64,000 nt of DNA from Myxococcota bacterium (GCA_963676915.2 CAXXVK010000035.1:32001-96000), one strand, 5' to 3'. Numbered from the stretch's first letter, positions 9,099 to 19,347 are shown. The notes: generated by a model from the letters alone, not told the origin. Made by a program: numbers and translations.

Positions 9099-10675
9099 TC
9101 AATTTATTGTTCGTCGAACTTGGATTGGATCGGATCGGGAAAATGGAAGTCCGATACGTCCTCTTCGGCTTCTCTTCCCCGTTGCCGGTTCAGATCGCGC
9201 CGATAGCTCTCCGAATCCTCGGTGTAGATTCGCGCCGTTGCCCGGATAAAACAGTTGGACATGCACGAAGCCCATGTGCTTGTTTCCCATGCTCGTCGGA
9301 ATCGGAGAACCGAACGCTTCGGCCCCGACCGTCAGTCCGGGAAGCCAGTAATCGATACCGCCACCGAATCCGTGAACCGCCATGGGGTCGGATCGTTCCC
9401 CAACGCGATCGACGGAGGCGATACGCCCCCACTGAAATTGATACGCCGGCCAGATTCGCAAGTTTCGGAAACGAAATTCCCCGGCCAGCCGGTGCGTGAA
9501 AATCCATGAAAGCGTGCTGCGACTCTGATTTGTAGAAACCTGTGTACTTCCGGTACCTTGGCGTTTCTCTGTGGCGGATTCGTCACCCATCAGGTCGAAC
9601 TGATTCATTTGCTGGACACTGAAAAGTCCGCCCGGTTCGACACGGAAAAGCGGACCCACCCCGAGATGCAGCCAGTTGTACCAGAGTTCGTCGGATCTTT
9701 GCTCTTTGATCAAACCGATGATTCCCGCTTCCCAGACAGCGCCCCATTGACCTTTGTTCCAATTACGACCGCCGGTAGCCAGAAGATGTCCCAGGGTAAA
9801 AAGATCGTAATTGCGGGAAGAAAACTCGAAATGCTGGTACTTGGGTTCGGGCAGCGCAAACATCAACATCGAGAACCACAAGCTATTGTGCTCGGGTTTG
9901 TTTTGCGTCAGAGACTGCGCCACTTTCACCTTCTGTCCCCGTTTCGGGTCGATGGAAAACACCTTGGGAGGCAGGGTTTCGTGTTCGAAACGAATGTGGT
10001 GCCGGTTGTCGGTCAACTCACCGCTCCACATTCCCCGTCCGACATCTTTTGCCATCGACGAAGATGGTCGTATCCGGCGGATAGGCGACGAAATTCGACC
10101 GGCGCAAACAGTCGAAGCGAATATTTGCGGTGTGAGCCGTTTCCCTTTCTCGATGTTGAGTTTTTCGGAAAGCGCCATGAAATCGCGCACATAAACTTTC
10201 AGTTCATGCTCTCCCGGCGTGACGGCCATCGCCATCTCCCTGGGCAACGTCGTTTTACCATCCAGCACGGCTACGGCGTCGGGATTGTCCAGTTGTATAA
10301 GGATTTCAGTACGTTGGAGCAATCGAGCTTCGATATGCCTCGGCTCGTTCGGTTTCAGATCGATCATGAATTCCCGGTCGGGGTATCCCGGTTTCGTCAC
10401 GCGGAAAACGGTACCATCCCGGCTTGAGAAAAAACACCCGCTCGGACCGGCTGCCTTCGAAACGCGCCCCTTCGAGAAACACCGTAGCGTCGGGAGGATC
10501 GACTTCTAATGTAAGTTCGATATCGCCATCGGTGGCGGCTGGCATCCCCTGATCGTGACCGGCGGGCGGCACGGTTTCCGACATCCCGGAAGCTTCCGGC
10601 GTCTGGGCTTGGATCATGGCGGGACCGATCAGCCACCACAACCCGATCAACATGAAAAAAATGCCTTTTTTTCAT
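9099..10675 (-). pseudogene. Multi-PEGA secreted protein with C-terminal beta-rich domain, interrupted by several +1 insertions (probably sequencing errors)
   Basis: Removing one A from the A7 run after the ATG at 10675 gives signal MKKGIFFMLIGLWW; removing one T near 10406 joins LKPGWYRF to RVTKPGY; a compensated shift at ~10050-10100 hides a PEGA-like F-V-A-Y-P-P-D-T-T-I-F-V-D-G segment. Confidence 0.7.
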
Positions 10676-10741
10676 GGGACGAGGCGTATCCTGTTCGAAA
10701 TGTGTTCCATCAAGGATTCCAGCATCGGTGAAAACAACTCC

Positions 10742-12634
10742 TTATGCAAGCTTTTCGAACAATAACCACCATTGGTTGGCCCCGTGTTTCGAAACGGGGT
10801 GATGCTGTAGTAGACGTAACGAATCGGAATTTATCGCGATGATCGACGCCAACGCCTGTTCCGAATCGTGATTGCGGTAGTGTTCGAAGTGTTTTTTGCC
10901 TTTTTGACCTCGAATGGAGGACCATTTGTCCTCATCGTAGACGACTCCCCAGGCCGTGTTGTCCACAACCAGCAGTTTTCCACCGGGTTTCAAAGCTTTT
11001 TCGAAAGCGTCGAACGCACGGGGTAACGAATGGAAATGATTGTAACTTCTCAGCACCAAGATCCAATCGAACCGTTCTTTTTTCAACGCAGCGCTTTCGA
11101 TATCCCCCACAATCAAGGATGCCGAAGCATGATTTTCGACGAAGCGACGCAGCGTTTCACCGGGTGTTGGTTCCAGCGCCGTATAGCGCATCGTTTCGGC
11201 ATCGAGACGTTCCCCAAACCGCTCGCCGTACAGCAACGAACCGGCTCCTACGTCGAGCACGTCTCCATCGATACGAGAGAGAACCTCGGCCAGTTCCTCT
11301 TCGGCCAGCGAAAACACGTCTTTTTCCACAGGTGTCCAAAATCCAGCACATTTTAATAGGTTGGAGCAGTTTTCGCACGACGGAGACAACTCCAGCTTGC
11401 GCAGATCATTCGAAAAATCGTCGTGAAACAGCTTGTCGCTGACATCAAGATACACCTGCCGCGTCTCCAGCCGCGTCGCCCGAATCCGCTCGGAAGAAAA
11501 ATCCCCGGTATCGGTGCGAAACAGTTTTACCGCTCCATCGTGCTCTATCAGCAACGAACGTTCCGGGTCGAAGACCGTGCGAACTCCGCGCCGAATGGGA
11601 CAGGTGGCGATGTCGAAGTCGTCAATCGTTTCCACCGGAGAAAAGGCCATGGCGTTGGCCTTCGGTTCGAGCCGTGGACGCAGGTCTTTTGCCGAACTCG
11701 CCAACCGTTCGAACACGCCGAGACAATCGCCGAACAGGTTGCAATCGTCACAAAGCGGTGTCTTGATCCGGTCCAGATACCGGGTGCGAGAAAAGCCTTC
11801 GAGCGGCGGCTCGTAGCGTTCGGCCCAACCGTCTTTTCTCGTTTCGTGCCAGGTACTTTCGTCGTCGGGCAACAGGCAAAGCGGCAAGCCCGAAAACCGC
11901 AGCTCGCCACGTTCGGAATCCGGCAGGGATATCCAGGTTTGATAAATCTTTTCAAATACTTGCGATGTTTCCCCAAGCGAAGGAACCACGGCATCGAACG
12001 CTTTTTCTTCCATCGCGGAAGGATCGACTGCCGCCACGGAAAGCCTGATCGGAGCCAGCGTTTTCAAGCGTTCGGGTAGGTTCGGTAAAGTCTTCAGGTT
12101 GGCGTTGACAACCACGGCGTGAACTTCTCGGGAGAGGTTCAAAGACACGGCACGTTCGAGCGTTTTCCAAGCAACAGCGAAGGAATCGACACCGCAGACC
12201 TTCTCGTGGGTCGCCGCATCGGGGCCGTGAAGGTCCACCCGCAGGTGCGAAAGACCGAGCCGCACCAGCTTTTCGAGTACACCGGGCGCTTCCAGTCCAA
12301 TGCCTGTCGTGCGCAACTCCACCGACATGTCCAGCCGCGAAGCCAACGCCACCATGGCGGGTAAATGAGGCGAGGCCAGCGGTTCCCCACCGGTGAAAAT
12401 CACCCGTTTCATCCCGGATTTGCGGGCATAAGATAAGGCTCGGACGAGGTCGTCTCGTCCCGGTTCGGGTAAATCCTTCAGTGGTGCAAGGCGACAATGG
12501 GCGCAAGCACAGGCGCACCGCCGCGTCAGGCGAATCGCCAAGCTATCGAAAATTTCCGCTCGGGGGTTGTCGAGGTCCGGTTTCATAACGAAAAAGAATA
12601 CCAGACCCGAACCACCCACCGCCATGATTTTCAA
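10742..12634 (-). CDS. Radical SAM domain fused to Cys-rich segments and a class I SAM-dependent methyltransferase
   Basis: CxxxCxxC (CACACAHC), FTGGEP, DLHGPDAATHE; CDDCNLFGDCLG and CENCSNLLKCAG; VLDVGAG..FD..LKPGGKLLVVD; start codon uncertain (12586-12634). Confidence 0.85.
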   Translation of the reverse strand: MKIMAVGGSGLVFFFVMKPDLDNPRAEIFDSLAIRLTRRCACACAHCRLAPLKDLPEPGRDDLVRALSYARKSGMKRVIFTGGEPLASPHLPAMVALASRLDMSVELRTTGIGLEAPGVLEKLVRLGLSHLRVDLHGPDAATHEKVCGVDSFAVAWKTLERAVSLNLSREVHAVVVNANLKTLPNLPERLKTLAPIRLSVAAVDPSAMEEKAFDAVVPSLGETSQVFEKIYQTWISLPDSERGELRFSGLPLCLLPDDESTWHETRKDGWAERYEPPLEGFSRTRYLDRIKTPLCDDCNLFGDCLGVFERLASSAKDLRPRLEPKANAMAFSPVETIDDFDIATCPIRRGVRTVFDPERSLLIEHDGAVKLFRTDTGDFSSERIRATRLETRQVYLDVSDKLFHDDFSNDLRKLELSPSCENCSNLLKCAGFWTPVEKDVFSLAEEELAEVLSRIDGDVLDVGAGSLLYGERFGERLDAETMRYTALEPTPGETLRRFVENHASASLIVGDIESAALKKERFDWILVLRSYNHFHSLPRAFDAFEKALKPGGKLLVVDNTAWGVVYDEDKWSSIRGQKGKKHFEHYRNHDSEQALASIIAINSDSLRLLQHHPVSKHGANQWWLLFEKLA

Positions 12635-12685
12635 TCTCTGACGGCAGGTGTGAACGAAAATGTAAGGAAAATTCGCCGTTTTTCA

Positions 12686-12750
12686 GTAGGTCGGGCAAAT
12701 TTCTTGCCCGACAATGTCAAGGCGTCATGCTAGAAATCAGCCTAATCTTG
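12686..12750 (+). repeat. REPIN (intact REP plus decayed inverted REP overlapping the rhlE stop)
   Basis: First 31 bp identical to 53729-53759; next 34 bp match 22/34 ungapped to 53760-53793. Confidence 0.75.
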
Positions 12751-14008
12751 GCTGAGCCGGTTTCCGTTTCCCTCGACGACGATTACGACGGGCCCCTCTT
12801 GGAGGTTGTTGCCCAAAACGCTTTTTGGGGCGTTGGGGTTTCCGTTTCGGGGTTGCAAACAGTTCTTCGGTGTGGCCCAGTTCCTTCCCGGAGTCGGAGA
12901 GTACCGGAACACGCTGATGAATCAGTTTCTGTATGGAAAACAGATCTTTGCGTTCTTCCGGCGAACAGAAAGATATGGCGATTCCCTGCGCCCCTGCACG
13001 TCCCGTTCGTCCGATTCGATGTACGTAGGCTTCGGGTTCGTTCGGGATATCGTAATTGATCACGTGACTCACAGCCTCGATATCCAACCCGCGAGAGGCA
13101 ATATCCGTTGCCACAAGCACACGCACCCGACCACGTTTGAAAGCCGTCAGCGCCGCCTGGCGTTTGTTCTGGCTTTTGTTTCCGTGGATGGCGGAAGCGG
13201 GAATGTCCGCTTTCGTAAGTTTGCGAACGATCTTGTCGGCACCGAATTTCGTACGCGAAAAAACCAACGTGCGGTCGATGTTTTTCTCTTGAATCAAACG
13301 AATCAGCAACCCGATTTTCTCCGGGCGTTCCACCATCATGATCGATTGATCGATGGATTCCACGGTCGTCGCCGAAGGGGCGGTTGAAACTTCTTCAGGC
13401 TCATGGAGCAACTCACCGGCCAGGTGGCGAATCGTGGGAGCTACCGTCGCCGAAAACAGAAGAGTTTGCCGTTTTTCCGGCAAGAGCATCCCGATGCGTT
13501 TGATATCGTGGATAAAACCCATGTCCAGCATTCGGTCGGCTTCGTCAAGGATGAAGGTCTGGACGCGACCGAGTTTAACATAGCCTTGTCCGATCAAATC
13601 GATCAGACGTCCCGGTGTGGCCACAAGGATATCTACGCCGCGTTGCAGCGCTCGGGTTTGCGGATGTTGGCTGACCCCACCGTAAATGACCGTACCGCGC
13701 AAATTGGTAAAGGCACTATAGGCTTCGAAGCTCTTGCCGATCTGGATGGCCAGTTCACGCGTCGGAGCCAGGACCAGCGCACGTATGAAGCGCCATTTTC
13801 CCCTTCGGGGACTGGTCAGCAACTGGTGAAGAACGGGCAGTGCAAATGCGGCGGTTTTCCCGGTTCCGGTCTGGGCACAACCTAAAACATCGCGACCTTG
13901 CATCACAAGCGGGATGGAAAGTTCTTGAATCGGTGTCGGCTGCACATATCCCTCAGCCTTCACCGCTCGGCTCAGAGCCGTGTGAAGATTCAGTTCAGAA
14001 AAATTCAT
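12737..14008 (-). CDS. rhlE: DEAD-box RNA helicase (RhlE-like)
   Basis: Q motif PTPIQ, AQTGTGKT, PTRELA, TPGRL, DEAD, SAT, HRIGRTGRAG; basic C-terminal tail. Confidence 0.92.
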   Translation of the reverse strand: MNFSELNLHTALSRAVKAEGYVQPTPIQELSIPLVMQGRDVLGCAQTGTGKTAAFALPVLHQLLTSPRRGKWRFIRALVLAPTRELAIQIGKSFEAYSAFTNLRGTVIYGGVSQHPQTRALQRGVDILVATPGRLIDLIGQGYVKLGRVQTFILDEADRMLDMGFIHDIKRIGMLLPEKRQTLLFSATVAPTIRHLAGELLHEPEEVSTAPSATTVESIDQSIMMVERPEKIGLLIRLIQEKNIDRTLVFSRTKFGADKIVRKLTKADIPASAIHGNKSQNKRQAALTAFKRGRVRVLVATDIASRGLDIEAVSHVINYDIPNEPEAYVHRIGRTGRAGAQGIAISFCSPEERKDLFSIQKLIHQRVPVLSDSGKELGHTEELFATPKRKPQRPKKRFGQQPPRGARRNRRRGKRKPAQPRLG

Positions 14009-14154
14009 AGAGGTATAGACCTGTCTTTCCCCCGCTTCGTTCGGAGGTGAACGGCAAACGTGGCCTGCATCGATGTGAATCTGGAGAATGTCGAGAAATC
14101 CAGAGGAGCACGTAACCGCGCCGATTCGCTGAAGGGTCGCCTGCGACTGGACGT

Positions 14155-14183
14155 AACCTAATCACAATTTTGTTGAAAGTCAA
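14155..14183 (-). promoter_or_regulatory. Putative sigma70 promoter for rhlE
   Basis: Minus strand TTGACT-17 bp-TAGGTT, implying a ~140-nt leader. Confidence 0.4.
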
Positions 14184-14459
14184 TATTTATCTAGTAAATT
14201 CTGCAACTTGGGATTTTAAAAGTAAAACCTTCGTTTATTTCCAGCACCTTTGACAAAGACAATTTCCTGCCGAAAATTCCCTTAGCATCGACGTGGGAGA
14301 GTTTCTTTGAATCAACCGGAATATTTCGACCATCCCGTGCGTTACGATTATTTGTATCCGCTTCGAATTCATTGAGGAAAACGATAGCCTCCCGGATTGA
14401 CAGCCGGAAGCGCTTTTCGTACACTCCCTTCCAACGACATTCACATTGGAGAGTTCCCT

Positions 14460-15491
14460 ATGCGTCGATTCCGTTCCCCTTTGATCGTCTGGTTCGCGTT
14501 GATTCTTGCCCTGCCGCTGATGCAAGGTTGTTTCAATACCAAGCTCAACCTGTTTCCCGATTATTCCGAGCCATATCGCGAAGTTACGCTTCAGGGAGAT
14601 GGAGACACCAAGATTCTGGTGATTCCTGTCGAGGGCATGATTTCTTCCTCGCCGCGAAAGGATTTTCTTTCCAGCTATCCGTCGATGTTGGAGGAAGTCG
14701 TTGCCCAGTTGAACAGGGCCGCGCACGATCCTTCCATCCGGGCGGTGGTTCTCAAAGTGAATTCTCCCGGCGGCGGTGTCACCGCAAGCGATATTCTGTA
14801 TGAAGAACTGATGCGCTACAAACGTAAAACAGGTGTTAAAATCGTCTCCGCCATGGCCGATACCGGCGCGAGCGGCGCGTATTACCTGTCGATGGCCGCC
14901 GATTCCGTCGTGCTGCATCCCACGACCATCACAGGTTCCATCGGTGTGATTTTCGTGACAGTCAACGCCGAGAAACTCGTGCGGAAAGTCGGAATCAAGG
15001 TTGAACCTATCAAATCCGGTCGTCATAAAGACATGGGTTCGCCGTTCAAGGAAATGAGCGAAGAAGAGCGCCAGCTTTTCCAGACCATGATCGACGAAAT
15101 GTACGAGCGTTTCGTCTCCATTGTTGCCAAAGGTCGCAACATGCCGGTCGAAAAGGTCCGCAAACTGGCTGACGGACGTATTTATACCGCCAAGCAGGCT
15201 GTGGATCTGAAACTGGCGGATCGCATCGGCTACTATTCCGAGGCCATTGACGAGGCGGTCAAGCTGGCGGGGTTGCCGTCGAACTCGCGGGTGGTGATCT
15301 ACCGGCGCGCTCCCGTTGCCGAGGACAGCATCTACAATTCGCGCAACGCCTACGCCCCTAGCGCCGAAGCTCTCTCGAAAGGCGCGGCGCAGTGTTCCTC
15401 GCCTGTGGATTCTCTCGAATCGATGGTTCCCCAAAGCGGCTTTTACTACCTGTGGGACGCCGCCCTCATGAAAAATTCGGAGCACCCGTGA
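14460..15491 (+). CDS. sppA: Signal peptide peptidase SppA (S49), lipoprotein-type
   Basis: VNSPGGGV, ASGAYYLSMAAD, TITGSIGV, KSGRHKDMGSPF, ADGRIYTAKQA; lipobox-like LMQGC; start at MRRF with GGAGA RBS. Confidence 0.92.
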   Translation: MRRFRSPLIVWFALILALPLMQGCFNTKLNLFPDYSEPYREVTLQGDGDTKILVIPVEGMISSSPRKDFLSSYPSMLEEVVAQLNRAAHDPSIRAVVLKVNSPGGGVTASDILYEELMRYKRKTGVKIVSAMADTGASGAYYLSMAADSVVLHPTTITGSIGVIFVTVNAEKLVRKVGIKVEPIKSGRHKDMGSPFKEMSEEERQLFQTMIDEMYERFVSIVAKGRNMPVEKVRKLADGRIYTAKQAVDLKLADRIGYYSEAIDEAVKLAGLPSNSRVVIYRRAPVAEDSIYNSRNAYAPSAEALSKGAAQCSSPVDSLESMVPQSGFYYLWDAALMKNSEHP

Positions 15492-15955
15492 CCCTGCGCA
15501 TCGTTCTCGTCGAACCGGAAATTCCACCGAACACGGGAAGCATCGCCCGACTGACCGCCGGAGCGAAAGTACCGCTTCATCTCGTCGAACCGCTGGGATT
15601 TTCGCTGGAAGACAAATACATGAAACGAGCGGGCCTGGACTACTGGCCCGCCGTGGATCTGCACGTCCATCCCAATTTCGACGACGTGTTGAGTCAATTT
15701 CCCCCAGAACAGTTCCCGTACTGGTTTTTGTCGAAAAAGACGGATCAGCCCTATACGGAAGTTCAATACACCGGCAACGATATATTGGTTTTCGGCAAGG
15801 AAACCAAGGGGTTGAGCGAAGAAATCCGCACCCGTTGGGCCGACCGGCTGCTTTCCATTCCCATTTGGGGAGAGATCCGCAGCTACAACCTGGCCAACGC
15901 GGCGTCTATCGTATTGTTCGAAGCCTTACGACAGACGCGGTCGTTTCGTTTGTAG
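15488..15955 (+). CDS. trmL: tRNA (cytidine/uridine(34)-2'-O)-methyltransferase TrmL
   Basis: IVLVEPEIPPNTGSIAR, LHLVEPLGF, RAGLDYW, FGKETKGL, RSYNLAN; GTG start overlaps the sppA stop (GTGA). Confidence 0.93.
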   Translation: MTLRIVLVEPEIPPNTGSIARLTAGAKVPLHLVEPLGFSLEDKYMKRAGLDYWPAVDLHVHPNFDDVLSQFPPEQFPYWFLSKKTDQPYTEVQYTGNDILVFGKETKGLSEEIRTRWADRLLSIPIWGEIRSYNLANAASIVLFEALRQTRSFRL

Positions 15956-15959
15956 AGGG

Positions 15960-16925
15960 TCAGATTCCGGCTCCGTCCTCGAAACACTCCTGCACTGTTT
16001 TTCCCTGGGTCACCCTTGTATTGGGAGAAACGCTGGTGGTCAACCAGACGTTGCCGCCGATGATCGAGCCTTTGCCGATCGTCACCCGGCCCAGAATGGT
16101 CGCCCCGGAATAGATGATCACGTCGTCTTCTACCACCGGATGGCGATCGATGCCTTTGATGGGATTTCCCAACTCATCCAGGGGGAAACTTTTCGCCCCC
16201 AAGGTCACCCCCTGGTAAATCCTCACCCGCTGGCCGATACGCGACGTTTCGCCGATGACGATCCCCGTGCCGTGGTCGATGAAAAAGCTCTGGCCGATGG
16301 TCGCGCCGGGGTGGATGTCGATCCCCGTGATGGAATGGGCGTGTTCGGTGATGATACGCGGAATCAGGGGAACGCGCTGCAAATGCAACTCGTGGGCGAT
16401 ACGGTAGCTGGTAATCGCCATCAGTCCCGGATAGCAGAAAATCGCCTCCGCCGGGCTGGTCGCCGCCGGATCGCCTTCGTAGGCGGCTTGTACGTCGGTG
16501 GACAACATGGCGCAAATCTGGGGAAGACGAACCAGAAACCGGTTGGTGATTTCGGCGGCCTGCTCGAAACAGGTCGGGTAGTGGTCGGGATGCTGGCATT
16601 CGAAACAGATCCCTCGCCGGATCTGATCCAACAAGGTGCGCTGCACTTTATCCAACATCGAACCGACGTGAAACCGCAGGTTTCCCTGATCCAACTCCGA
16701 AATGCCGAAAAAGCCGGGAAACAGGATCTGCCGTAGATCCTCAACCATTTCGACCACTGCCAACCGTGACGGCAATGGTTGCCAGTGTGGTCCCTTACGC
16801 ACTCCCATAGGAGATAAGCTGTTGACTGCACAGAGGTTTTCGACGATTTCCTGCAAGGAAACGTCCGAATGGGCGGAATCTTCCGGTTGCATCGGAATCA
16901 GGCAGCGGTCTTTTCCGTCGAACAT
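15960..16925 (-). CDS. cysE: Serine O-acetyltransferase (long/EpsC-type)
   Basis: GDPAA, YRIAHEL, TGIDIHPGATIG..FFIDHGTGIVIGET, YQGVTLG, RHP hexapeptide repeats. Confidence 0.92.
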   Translation of the reverse strand: MFDGKDRCLIPMQPEDSAHSDVSLQEIVENLCAVNSLSPMGVRKGPHWQPLPSRLAVVEMVEDLRQILFPGFFGISELDQGNLRFHVGSMLDKVQRTLLDQIRRGICFECQHPDHYPTCFEQAAEITNRFLVRLPQICAMLSTDVQAAYEGDPAATSPAEAIFCYPGLMAITSYRIAHELHLQRVPLIPRIITEHAHSITGIDIHPGATIGQSFFIDHGTGIVIGETSRIGQRVRIYQGVTLGAKSFPLDELGNPIKGIDRHPVVEDDVIIYSGATILGRVTIGKGSIIGGNVWLTTSVSPNTRVTQGKTVQECFEDGAGI

Positions 16926-17030
16926 CGTCGTTTCCCTTTCTTCTGACCCGGGAAAGTAAATCTAGCTTCCTTTAAATACCTGCGCCTTGTTCAACACAAG
17001 ATGTCTTGTCATGAGATGGAGTTTTTTGGT

Positions 17031-17055
17031 GCAGGTCGGATGATTTTCACCCGAC
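17031..17055 (+). repeat. Degenerate REP
   Basis: GCAG-GTCGGATGATTTTCACCCGAC, close match to the reverse complement of the 56909 copy. Confidence 0.65.
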
Positions 17056-17102
17056 TTACTTCCCCCTGCCCTAGTCTCGCCGAAAAATGGAAATCTCTCG
17101 AA

Positions 17103-18452
17103 TCAGTTCAATTCGGCATCGAGTACTTTGATAATGCGGTCGGCGTAAGCATCGATTTCTTCGGCGTTTTTTCCTTCGACCATCACCCGGATCTTGTTTT
17201 CCGTGCCCGAATAACGCACCAGGACGCGGCCTTCGTCGCCCAGTTCGGATTCGACTTGTTTAATGATTTCAGGCGCTTTTTCCAACTCTTCCATCGGGGT
17301 TTTGTACACCACGTTGAGGTTTTTGAGCACCTGGGGATACCGCTCCATGATCTTCGCCAACTCGCTCAAACGCTTGTTTTCGTCGACCATGATCGATAAA
17401 ACCTGAATCGCCGCCAACACGCCGTCTCCGGTGGTGGAAAAATCGCTGAAAATCAGATGCCCGGACTGCTCGCCTCCGAAAGTATGGCCGTGTTTGCGCA
17501 TTTCTTCCATAACGTAGCGGTCACCGACTTTGGTTTTCAGCACTTTGACGCCTTGCGCCTCACAGGCTTTGAACAGTCCCATGTTGCTCATGACCGTGGC
17601 TACGAAGGTATTGCCGGGCAGGCGTCCTTGTTTCATCATTCGGGTGGCACAAATCGCCATGATCTGGTCGCCGTCCACGATCTGGCCGTTTTCATCCACG
17701 AAAATCGCCCGGTCGGCGTCGCCATCGAAGGCAATACCGATATCCGCACCGTTTTCACGCACCGCCACGCCGAGTTCCTCGGGGTGCAGGGAACCGCAGG
17801 CTTTGTTGATGTTGCGCCCGTTGGGTTCGTTGTGAATGGCGACGACATTGGCCTGGAGGCGACGGAATACCCGAGGAGCCACCTCGAACGCTGCTCCGTT
17901 GGCGCAATCGAGAACGACTTTTTTCCCGGAAAAACTGATACCTCGCGGTGCCGTGGCCAGCAAAGAGTGAATGTAACGATCCACCGCACCGTCGAAAATT
18001 CCGGCGTCACCCACGGCGTGGGGAGGAACGGCCAGTTCGTCCATGTCGGCGTGCAGGATCAACTCTTCGATCTGTTCTTCTTCCTCATCCGGCAGCTTGA
18101 AGCCGTCGCGACCGAAGATCTTGATGCCGTTGTCCACATAAGGGTTGTGGGAAGCGGAAATCACGATACCCGCGTCCGCCTCGACCACCTGGGTCAGATA
18201 CGCAATGGCCGGGGTGGTAATCACGTTGGCCAGCAACGCTTCCCCACCGACCGAACAGATCCCCGACACCAGCGCTCCTTGAATCATTCGACCAGAACGG
18301 CGAGTGTCCCTGCCGATCACCAGCCTTGGAACACGCTTTTTTTCGGCGAAATGGGACGCGATGGCCGCGCCAATTTTGAATACGGTCGAACCGTCGAGAG
18401 GATATTTGTTGGCTTGTCCGCGAATGCCGTCCGTTCCGAAAAGTTTACGCAT
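17103..18452 (-). CDS. glmM: Phosphoglucosamine mutase
   Basis: LFGTDGIRG, GRDTRRSG, ISASHNP, FDGDADR, GGEQSGH, RYSGTE. Confidence 0.96.
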   Translation of the reverse strand: MRKLFGTDGIRGQANKYPLDGSTVFKIGAAIASHFAEKKRVPRLVIGRDTRRSGRMIQGALVSGICSVGGEALLANVITTPAIAYLTQVVEADAGIVISASHNPYVDNGIKIFGRDGFKLPDEEEEQIEELILHADMDELAVPPHAVGDAGIFDGAVDRYIHSLLATAPRGISFSGKKVVLDCANGAAFEVAPRVFRRLQANVVAIHNEPNGRNINKACGSLHPEELGVAVRENGADIGIAFDGDADRAIFVDENGQIVDGDQIMAICATRMMKQGRLPGNTFVATVMSNMGLFKACEAQGVKVLKTKVGDRYVMEEMRKHGHTFGGEQSGHLIFSDFSTTGDGVLAAIQVLSIMVDENKRLSELAKIMERYPQVLKNLNVVYKTPMEELEKAPEIIKQVESELGDEGRVLVRYSGTENKIRVMVEGKNAEEIDAYADRIIKVLDAELN

Positions 18453-18635
18453 AATCCGGTCCCCTTCGTTTGAAATGTTCTATTGCAACCGACCGTAGCG
18501 ACAAATATGCAGCTTCCCGCCCGGTAACCTACGTCAATATTCGTCTACTTTAATTCCAAATCCATACCAGCGCAACCGCAAAGCTGTACGATACCCGCCA
18601 AAGTGCCGAAATAACCATCTGAAGCCCTTGGTTTC

Positions 18636-18665
18636 TTGACAGTTTCCGGCAGGTTGGGTTACTGT
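18636..18665 (+). promoter_or_regulatory. Putative sigma70 promoter for frr
   Basis: TTGACA-18 bp-TACTGT upstream of the AAGGAG RBS. Confidence 0.45.
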
Positions 18666-18730
18666 CAAATGTCCTATTGTATTATGGTTGAAACGATCCA
18701 ACGTGCCTGGCACATTGAAGGAGAATAATC

Positions 18731-19288
18731 ATGCTCGACGAGTTGTATATGGAGATGGAAGAAAAAACCGAGAAAACCTTCGAGGCTTTCAAGCGGGATC
18801 TTTCCAAGGTTCGTACCGGTCGCGCATCCGCCGCGATCCTCGACGGCGTTCGCGTGAACTATTACAACGTTCCCACTCCGTTGAATCAGACGGCAACCAT
18901 CAGCGTGCCCGAGCCGCGCATGATTCTCGTCAACCCATACGAGAAAAACATGCTCGGTGAAATCTCCAAGGCCATCGCCGCCGCCGATCTGGGACTCAAT
19001 CCCAACAACGACGGTCAGGTCATTCGTATTCCGATCCCCCAATTGACCGAAGATCGACGCAAGGAAATCGCTCGTCAAATCGGGAAAATGGCCGAGGAAG
19101 CACGGGTTTCGGTGCGCAATGCCCGACGCGACTCCAACGATGCGGCCAAAAAAGCGGAGAAAAACAAAGATATCAGCGAAGACGATCTCAAGCGGGCGCT
19201 CGAAGAGATTCAAAAACTTACCGATGCAGCCATCAAAAAGATCGACGAAGCCGCCGAGGTCAAAGAAAAGGAAATCATGGAAGTGTGA
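18731..19288 (+). CDS. frr: Ribosome recycling factor
   Basis: RTGRAS, LGLNPNNDG, PQLTEDRRKE, RVSVRNARRD, KEKEIMEV; 185 aa. Confidence 0.97.
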   Translation: MLDELYMEMEEKTEKTFEAFKRDLSKVRTGRASAAILDGVRVNYYNVPTPLNQTATISVPEPRMILVNPYEKNMLGEISKAIAAADLGLNPNNDGQVIRIPIPQLTEDRRKEIARQIGKMAEEARVSVRNARRDSNDAAKKAEKNKDISEDDLKRALEEIQKLTDAAIKKIDEAAEVKEKEIMEV

Positions 19289-19347
19289 TTCATGGCGGGT
19301 AGACCATCCGTCGCCGCATCTAGGGACTCTTTCGAAAGGCGTTCTTC

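Noticed and set aside
15960-16925. Functional link between cysE and the Cys-rich giant proteins
   Set aside because: 20 kb apart and separated by unrelated housekeeping genes; no evidence beyond plausibility
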